A DNA stretch of 52,677 nt from a virus (Duplodnaviria; Caudoviricetes): positions 1 through 52,677 of IMG/VR virus record IMGVR_UViG_3300010157_000085; one strand, given 5' to 3'. This document shows, one piece after another, positions 46,756-52,677 of this stretch; the stretch's first letter is position 1, and the number at the start of each line of letters is the position of its first letter. The notes under the pieces are model-generated. The model was not told where the DNA came from and searched no databases. It was given only the letters and a program-made list of their open reading frames with translations. The translations under genes and the position numbers were made by a program.

Positions 46756-46985
46756 ATGTTTCACGTGAAACAATTGAAGGCCAGATAACAATCTGTAACC
46801 TGCTGGTTAACCAGATCGCAGGCATGTTCATACCCCTGCGAGAGACCTGTGAGAAACACACCTCAGAGTGGTGGGAGTATCAGGAGATGATTGATCGCAA
46901 CATGAAGATGATTCGAAAGTGTCAGGAATCTATCAAACATCTACAGGAAAATGTTTCACGTGAAACATCGGAGCCTGCGGATTAA
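46752..46985 (+). CDS. Hypothetical protein carrying two parS sites in frame (NVSRET x2)
   Basis: ATGA overlap with the upstream gene. Confidence 0.6.
   Translation: MNVSRETIEGQITICNLLVNQIAGMFIPLRETCEKHTSEWWEYQEMIDRNMKMIRKCQESIKHLQENVSRETSEPAD
46757..46772. promoter_or_regulatory. parS: parS centromere-like site (ParB loading)
   Basis: Perfect palindrome TGTTTCACGTGAAACA, matching the bacterial chromosomal parS consensus. Confidence 0.85.
46952..46967. promoter_or_regulatory. parS: parS centromere-like site (ParB loading)
   Basis: Second perfect TGTTTCACGTGAAACA, 195 bp from the first. Confidence 0.85.
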
Positions 46986-47173
46986 GTTAATCGGGTCCTT
47001 GTTTATTACACAAACAAGTCCAAGGTTCTGGCTAGCTGTTATAAGTTAGCCTCATATATGTCTAGTGATTAACTATCACTGGATGCAACAAGGATCTAAC
47101 TGCAAGATGCGGTTGGATCATTGACCCCTGTGGATCGTCCACTCGGTCATCACTCAAACCCCTGGAGGTTATC

Positions 47174-47707
47174 GTGAGTGCTAGTAAGCGTAGTACCTGG
47201 AGCAGCAACGCTAGTTCCAATTCACAACAGGTTGAGATCCCCGTGTGGAATCTCATGGCTGACTGCTGGTCAGGTTATACCGCGCATGCTCTTGAGTATG
47301 TTCGTGCCGGTCGACCTGTTCACTACGGTCAGGGTCGTATCCATATCCACTGGGGTATCTTGTGGGCTTCCCGCCCAAGTTTATTCCAGCTGGAGGTAGT
47401 CACCAGTGCTCGTGGATCCAATGACTGGACTCCTGGCAGATTCAACTTTGCCAGTGTTGATAGCTGTCCGCCACTGGATGAGCTTGGCATCGTTCAGCAG
47501 CAAAAGATAGTCACTGGTCTCGTGGAACTGTACACCCTGCAGTGGGATCTTATCGATGAAAGCACTGAGAGTGGTGAGTGGGTTGCTGACACTCATGCTC
47601 TGCGCGATGGCACCAGTGAGCGTCGTGAGTGTCCCGCGCACAAGATCACTCGCTCTCTTGCTCACCTGTTCGAGACCAACAAGCTTGACAGGCAGGTACT
47701 CTCATGA
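47174..47707 (+). CDS. Hypothetical protein
   Basis: GGAGG SD before GTG. Confidence 0.7.
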   Translation: MSASKRSTWSSNASSNSQQVEIPVWNLMADCWSGYTAHALEYVRAGRPVHYGQGRIHIHWGILWASRPSLFQLEVVTSARGSNDWTPGRFNFASVDSCPPLDELGIVQQQKIVTGLVELYTLQWDLIDESTESGEWVADTHALRDGTSERRECPAHKITRSLAHLFETNKLDRQVLS

Positions 47708-48162
47708 ATGAATCCAGCGGTTACAGCATCGGTATGTTTGTCAAGGATCGTATCCGTGCCCGGTTCGAAGTGGGTGAACTGGTACTCCTTGGCAAGTGGC
47801 GAGAGGAACTCTGCATGGTGATGGGTTATAAATACACATTCACCAGTGAGATCGGAACCACCAAAGAATTATCTGTTGGTGATGCCTATGAGAATGCCCG
47901 TATCGATCAAGGTGCTATCGAGTATCGGATTGCAAGCCTGAATGATCCTAGCAGAGGTCTCTTCTATCTCAATAGCAATCCGTTACGTGGCTTGTGCACC
48001 TGCCATCAGATTGAACTGCCGGAGGGCTGGACTGACTTTCGTCACTGCCCTGTCTGTGGTGATGTGATCACCCGCCATGTTCCCAACCTGCTGATCAAGT
48101 GCGAGAAGGCTATTAAATACTGGCGCGCTAACCCTGAAGACTGGTGGAGGTGCAGACCATGA
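47704..48162 (+). CDS. Hypothetical protein with Zn ribbon
   Basis: CTCH...HCPVCG; ATGA overlap. Confidence 0.7.
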   Translation: MNESSGYSIGMFVKDRIRARFEVGELVLLGKWREELCMVMGYKYTFTSEIGTTKELSVGDAYENARIDQGAIEYRIASLNDPSRGLFYLNSNPLRGLCTCHQIELPEGWTDFRHCPVCGDVITRHVPNLLIKCEKAIKYWRANPEDWWRCRP

Positions 48163-48443
48163 AGCGTTTCAAGAGCTGGTTGGTTGATGAGATTGATAGT
48201 ATCAGTTGTGCCTTGCGCAACAGATTCAACCGTCGCAAGCATCATGCCTGGCAACAGGGATATGATGCCGGTTATCTGCAGCACGAGCACGACACCGATC
48301 CACAGACAGCCATTGATCGCATGGTGTTGTACGGCAGGCCTGGGGTGGGAAAGAACTTACAACCACCCACAGATCTACCAACAGAACTGGTCTGGAAGCT
48401 TGAGCTTCCTGACTCCGATCAACAACAAGGAGAACAACAGTGA
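48159..48443 (+). CDS. Hypothetical protein
   Basis: GGAGG SD before ATG 48159. Confidence 0.65.
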   Translation: MKRFKSWLVDEIDSISCALRNRFNRRKHHAWQQGYDAGYLQHEHDTDPQTAIDRMVLYGRPGVGKNLQPPTDLPTELVWKLELPDSDQQQGEQQ

Positions 48444-48832
48444 ATACTGTACATGTTATCACACTGAATGATCAGTTGCATGAGACTGAAGGTCATTTCA
48501 TTGCTGTCACTGACAGCCTGCAGTCAGCTCTTGAATGGATGCGCGCCCAGTTTCAAGGCGAACCATACAAGCAGGTATGGGATACCGGTCATGACTACAC
48601 CAGCTGCTGGATGCCTGATCTGGGATGGGAGTACGTGATCAACGAGCGCCCAGTGTATGATTTCAACACTGCCAGCATGCATCCCCTGCTGGATTACGAG
48701 AACAGACTGGAGCGTGGCACCTACACTCGCCACCTGGTCAACCTGGTGAAAAGTAATCAATTGAAGCGCAAGCGATTGGTTACTGCACCCGGTGGTAGAA
48801 ACAACCGATCCAACCAAGGAGAACAGCCATGA
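48440..48832 (+). CDS. Hypothetical protein
   Basis: AAGGAG SD, GTGA overlap. Confidence 0.7.
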   Translation: MNTVHVITLNDQLHETEGHFIAVTDSLQSALEWMRAQFQGEPYKQVWDTGHDYTSCWMPDLGWEYVINERPVYDFNTASMHPLLDYENRLERGTYTRHLVNLVKSNQLKRKRLVTAPGGRNNRSNQGEQP

Positions 48833-49296
48833 ACCATTCAACATGCAGCGTGTGTGAGCAGCCGGTAGAGCTCATGACAGATGATCCATACCATGTGGAC
48901 ACCGGCTTGCAGATCACAATCAACACCGGATACGGTATGTTCGCTGACGGTGATGCACTGGACCTGATCACCTGTCACTCCTGCAGCATTCGCTTGCTGG
49001 AATTGTTCCCCGAAGGTGTACGCAATCACTACCGTGGCGGTCATGACCACGACTACCCGGGTGCTATCTGTCAGGGTTGTGAGTACAATGAACCTGTGGT
49101 AATCCCTTCGGAGTTCTCACTAGAAGAACTCTGGCAGGAAGCCGATAAGCTCATGCAGACAATGGACATCCCCGAGCAACGGCGCAGGGATCACCGCTGG
49201 ATCGCACGTAATGCTCATGCCAATAACCGTGAGAACCCCGATCTACTTGCACTATGCATGCTGCTGGTAGAGATCAATGAACTGGAGAAACCATGA
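48829..49296 (+). CDS. Hypothetical Cys-rich protein
   Basis: CSVC, GYGMF.D, CHSC; AAGGAG SD. Confidence 0.7.
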   Translation: MNHSTCSVCEQPVELMTDDPYHVDTGLQITINTGYGMFADGDALDLITCHSCSIRLLELFPEGVRNHYRGGHDHDYPGAICQGCEYNEPVVIPSEFSLEELWQEADKLMQTMDIPEQRRRDHRWIARNAHANNRENPDLLALCMLLVEINELEKP

Positions 49297-49604
49297 CAGA
49301 ACAAACAGACACCCGCAAGCTACCAGTAGAACTAGGACAGGTGGTGATCACCAGCAACCTGTACAACCAGCTGGAAGCTGCTCACACACCTGCTGAGATC
49401 CTGCGAGAGATCGCAAGCCTTATCCTTCGTCATCAGCGGGGTGACTGGGGTGACGTTCACCCAGAGGATACTGGTGCTAACGATCAAGCACTAGAAGATG
49501 GCACACGCTTGTTGAGTGTGTATCCCTTGTTCGATTTTAAAGTGTGGATCATCACTGAAGCCGATCGAGGTGTGACCACTGTGCTCTTACCCGAAGACTA
49601 CTAG
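49293..49604 (+). CDS. Conserved mobile-element hypothetical protein (GDWG...WIITEADR family)
   Basis: RH..GDWGDV..ED...N..AL..G.RLLS.Y...VWIITEADR..TTVLLPEDY. Confidence 0.75.
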   Translation: MTEQTDTRKLPVELGQVVITSNLYNQLEAAHTPAEILREIASLILRHQRGDWGDVHPEDTGANDQALEDGTRLLSVYPLFDFKVWIITEADRGVTTVLLPEDY

Positions 49605-49617
49605 CGAGGAAACAGCA

Positions 49618-49917
49618 ATGATCAAAGAAGATCCAAGCCCAGACCCACGGGGCGGCACAAGGAAAAAGGGTACAAGGAATGTGGCTACCCTGGAAAAGAT
49701 CAAGCAGCTGCATGAGAATCCGGGTGAATGGTTTGTCTGGTGTACAACCACGGGCAGAGGAGTGCAGAGCTCGCTCAAGTATGCTCTGCTGGGTAAAGCA
49801 CGAGGCGAGTCACTGGACTGGCAGAATGCTCCCTATGAGATAACCAGTCGTTCTCAACCCGGTGGGCTTCACCGGGTTTACGTTCGCTACCTGCCAGAAA
49901 AGGAGCAACACTCATAA
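49618..49917 (+). CDS. Hypothetical protein (possible DNA-binding)
   Basis: NPGEW...VYVRY pattern; GAGG SD. Confidence 0.7.
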   Translation: MIKEDPSPDPRGGTRKKGTRNVATLEKIKQLHENPGEWFVWCTTTGRGVQSSLKYALLGKARGESLDWQNAPYEITSRSQPGGLHRVYVRYLPEKEQHS

Positions 49918-50070
49918 ACCAACACTGGTCCAAACGCATGCCTGTGTGATGAATTGCCTGCTTGGCGCGTGGGCTGCGCGTATCTGATTGAATGACCGCC
50001 GAAAAATTTTTTACTGTCCTGGTTAGCTTACTAGCCTGGGCAGTAATCAATCCATACAAGGAGCAATAAC

Positions 50071-50406
50071 ATGAACAACAATGAAACCCTCTGCTACACA
50101 GAGTACTACGATTGCCAGTGTCACGGTCACGTACTGACTGTTGATATTGAAGCATATGACAATGAGTTCTATGTGTCACTGGTGATGTACGAGCAGAGCT
50201 ACCGAGATGCTGGACGCTTGACCCGTGCCTGGCGTGCCCTGCGTGGTAAGGATCAGCTTGTGAGCGATGTTGTGCTTGATTCTATGAGTTCAGCAAAGCT
50301 TGCCAATCAAATCCAGGAAGCCTTGCGCATTGCTAACAGCAAGAAAGACCTGACCGGTGAAGGTTTGGCCTACATCCACAGCTACCCCGACATTGAACCA
50401 ATCTAG
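50071..50406 (+). CDS. Hypothetical protein, paralog of 51154..51462
   Basis: CQCHGH and RLTRAWRALRG; AAGGAG SD. Confidence 0.72.
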   Translation: MNNNETLCYTEYYDCQCHGHVLTVDIEAYDNEFYVSLVMYEQSYRDAGRLTRAWRALRGKDQLVSDVVLDSMSSAKLANQIQEALRIANSKKDLTGEGLAYIHSYPDIEPI

Positions 50407-50414
50407 GAGGCATC

Positions 50415-50624
50415 ATGCCAACTCAAGACTACAAGACTCCTAAGCTACTAGCGCTTTGGGATCAGATGCAAGCTACATTCAAAGAAATCTTCTTTGAAAT
50501 GAAAGCAATCAATGATGCAAAAGAAGCTGATGGCATTGCAACCAGTGATGCTGGTGCAATACCTGATTGGTTCTATCAAATCTGTCATCACGTTGCTGCA
50601 ACAAACCCCAAGGAGGAATTATGA
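50415..50624 (+). CDS. Hypothetical protein
   Basis: AGGAGG SD; IPDWFYQIC resembles the C-terminus of 51464..51973 (VPEWFASMC). Confidence 0.7.
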   Translation: MPTQDYKTPKLLALWDQMQATFKEIFFEMKAINDAKEADGIATSDAGAIPDWFYQICHHVAATNPKEEL

Positions 50625-51139
50625 GTGACACGTTGACCCCCGAAGAGCTGGCTATTGTAGAACAGCTCACTGCTGACATGGATGCTGCATCCAAAGCATG
50701 GGATGAGGCTCGGTTTAAGTTACCAGAGTATTCAGCCATGCAAGCAGCATCAGCAGCTTTAAAGGCTGCCTCAAAAGATCCTCGCACAGAATTGATCACA
50801 CGCATGCGCAAGCAGGTTCAAGAGTGGTTGAATGAGTATGAGAGTCTTACCGATGATCTTGATTATGATCCTGATGATGATGATGATGAAGATGCTTGGT
50901 ATTCTGACAACTACCAAGATAACTTTGACAGCATGGAAGAAGCTGTGGCTGATCTTGAAGCAATCATTGAAGAGAGCCACCCTCTTGCAAAGGAATTCAA
51001 CAAGGCAAGAATTGCATTCTTCGATGCTGAACGAGCACTCCCAGAGTACGAGCTGTACAATGAGGCAACAGACGCCTGGTCAGATAGACCTGGTGCGCCG
51101 TACGGTTTCGGATCACGCAATGGTTGCGTAATACCTTAA
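50621..51139 (+). CDS. Hypothetical acidic helical protein
   Basis: AAGGAGG SD before ATG 50621; LPEY x2, poly-Asp. Confidence 0.72.
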   Translation: MSDTLTPEELAIVEQLTADMDAASKAWDEARFKLPEYSAMQAASAALKAASKDPRTELITRMRKQVQEWLNEYESLTDDLDYDPDDDDDEDAWYSDNYQDNFDSMEEAVADLEAIIEESHPLAKEFNKARIAFFDAERALPEYELYNEATDAWSDRPGAPYGFGSRNGCVIP

Positions 51140-51153
51140 GAAAGGACAGTAAC

Positions 51154-51462
51154 ATGAGTAAGAAAAACCTTGCCAGGCTTGGTACTACCACTGTGGTTGA
51201 ATGCCACTGTGGTTGCCACTTCTACAAGTTCACCTTGTATGATACCGGATATGATGAGGACAACCCTGAACTGATCATTGATTTCCTTGAGCCGAATGAC
51301 GGTAAGATCAGGGGCAGAATCGGATGGGCATGGCGTATCCTGCGCCGTGGCTATTACGGCAAGGCAAGTATTGAACTCACACTGGAAGACCGTGATCTTC
51401 TTGTTGAGCACTTGCAAAACCCAGTAACCTGGGGTGAAAACTTCTACGAGAAGGAGCAGTAA
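51154..51462 (+). CDS. Hypothetical protein, paralog of 50071..50406
   Basis: CHCGCH and RIGWAWRILRRG; AAAGGA SD. Confidence 0.72.
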   Translation: MSKKNLARLGTTTVVECHCGCHFYKFTLYDTGYDEDNPELIIDFLEPNDGKIRGRIGWAWRILRRGYYGKASIELTLEDRDLLVEHLQNPVTWGENFYEKEQ

Positions 51463-51463
51463 G

Positions 51464-51973
51464 ATGAAAGCAGTAATCATTCGTGCCGATGACTCACGTG
51501 AACTGGTTGAGTTCACCCGTGAGACCGAGTATGAAACAATCAGTGGTGCAGTCGATGGTTACATCGAGCGTATCCCTCTTCCCAGCCGTGGTGCTGACAT
51601 GTGGGTGAACGAGGAAGGCAAGCTCAAACACCTGCCACTCAACCACGGTGCCACTCGGTTGTGGGAAGAGAACTACGGCTGCACCGATTACACAGCTGGT
51701 GATGCCATTGTCACTGGTGCTGCTGATGGTGAAGGCTACATGACTGGTCTGTCTGATACACAGATTGAACAGTTGATGCCAGCTGCACCGGCAGTTGAAC
51801 TGCCAGAGGATGAATACATTCACCCGGACCTAGAACCACTTTGGAATGATGTTCTTCAAGCAGTACAACGTGTGCTGCAGGAAAGCGCCAAGCTTGAACC
51901 TGAAGAGTTCATTGTACCCGAATGGTTCGCAAGCATGTGTGAAGTGATCTTATCAAAGAAAGAGGAGGGCTAG
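51464..51973 (+). CDS. DUF3846-domain protein
   Basis: MKAVII...AVDGYIE...MWVNEEGKL..LPLN..AT...AGDAIVTG. Confidence 0.75.
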   Translation: MKAVIIRADDSRELVEFTRETEYETISGAVDGYIERIPLPSRGADMWVNEEGKLKHLPLNHGATRLWEENYGCTDYTAGDAIVTGAADGEGYMTGLSDTQIEQLMPAAPAVELPEDEYIHPDLEPLWNDVLQAVQRVLQESAKLEPEEFIVPEWFASMCEVILSKKEEG

Positions 51974-51977
51974 TCAG

Positions 51978-52364
51978 ATGACTATCCAATCAATCAGTAC
52001 CCGGTATGCATACACTACCCTGATGTATCAGGACAGTGAACTGCCTATCTACCGTAGCTACACCACGGATGACCTGCTGCTTTCAGTGGCAGGTCGTTAT
52101 TGTTCAGACCGTGACAAGTCACTCAGTCTGATTCAGCCTAACCTGTACGGTTGGCGAGAGAACACCCGCACCATCTGTCTTCAGCCTGAGGACACAAACA
52201 TTGAGCGAATGGTTGAGATCATTCACCTGGTGTCTGATGAGATCGAATCGGTTACCGTGCTTGACAACAACTCACTGCGTGAAGTATTCGTTGTGATCAA
52301 CAAGGTTGAGGCCACGCCTGAAAATGAGATCGAGATCTACATCATGGAGAGAGAGGAAGACTAA
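51978..52364 (+). CDS. Hypothetical protein
   Basis: GAGGAGG SD, 128 aa. Confidence 0.7.
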   Translation: MTIQSISTRYAYTTLMYQDSELPIYRSYTTDDLLLSVAGRYCSDRDKSLSLIQPNLYGWRENTRTICLQPEDTNIERMVEIIHLVSDEIESVTVLDNNSLREVFVVINKVEATPENEIEIYIMEREED

Positions 52365-52560
52365 TTAACTAAGTTATCCGTACACTATATCATGTAACAA
52401 TCGTACTGCATGCAATGATTCTCATGCTTGTAGCCCTGATAGATATTATATATATCAGACACGCAGCCACTGAAGCATCTATCATCAAGAGGTGATTGAT
52501 GTTATCAAGCATGCTGTACAAGTCCCAGTAAGAATAGTACCTACAACAGGAGATAATCTA

Positions 52561-52677
52561 ATGAGTAAGATGACTGACACCATCAAGAAGGTCCAAGCCG
52601 CAGCAGAAGCAGTGCTCGAGCGCACTATCAATCCTGAAGAAGTTATTCAGGCCATCGAAGCCATCGAAGTATTGGTA
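52561..52677 (+). CDS. Hypothetical protein (partial, runs off the window)
   Basis: AGGAG SD, MSKMTDTIKKVQAAAEAVLE..., open to the end. Confidence 0.6.
   Translation, partial: MSKMTDTIKKVQAAAEAVLERTINPEEVIQAIEAIEVLV

Noticed and set aside
48323-48358. Walker A-like LYGRPGVGKN in a 94-aa ORF
   Set aside because: Protein too short and lacks the rest of a P-loop NTPase; at most a fragment.
1-52677. Stop-codon reassignment or suppressor tRNA
   Set aside because: Genes are intact and densely packed under the standard code, all three stops are used, and neither tRNA has a suppressor anticodon.

Overview
A 52.7-kb segment of a large tailed dsDNA phage, most likely infecting an actinobacterium. 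The capsid, capsid-adjacent, protease and portal proteins resemble, from my recollection, those of Bxz1/Myrna-like (cluster C mycobacteriophage-type) phages. Positions 1-42.7 kb are a minus-strand late/structural arm. In transcription order it holds about 25 kb of mostly novel, often Zn-ribbon-bearing proteins (plus Dps, a metallophosphoesterase, two papain-fold enzymes and two tRNAs), then portal, prohead protease, scaffold-like proteins, major capsid, tail/fibre proteins with Gly-X-Gln collagen-like repeats, an SGNH-domain fibre and a truncated amidase endolysin. From 43.3 kb there is a plus-strand arm of small early-type genes. Highlights: (i) a recurring N-terminal leader (FNS[KR]/W-x-x-[RK]Y plus [KR]-x-[AS]) on many unrelated left-arm proteins, suggesting a capsid-targeting/protease-processing system; (ii) two perfect bacterial parS palindromes inside one small early ORF; (iii) an atypical tRNA-Ile(UAU); (iv) a fixed-spacing TGTAAA-N16-ANTAG putative late promoter at 7 sites; (v) several structured intergenic RNA candidates. 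All assignments come from reading motifs by eye; no searches were run.
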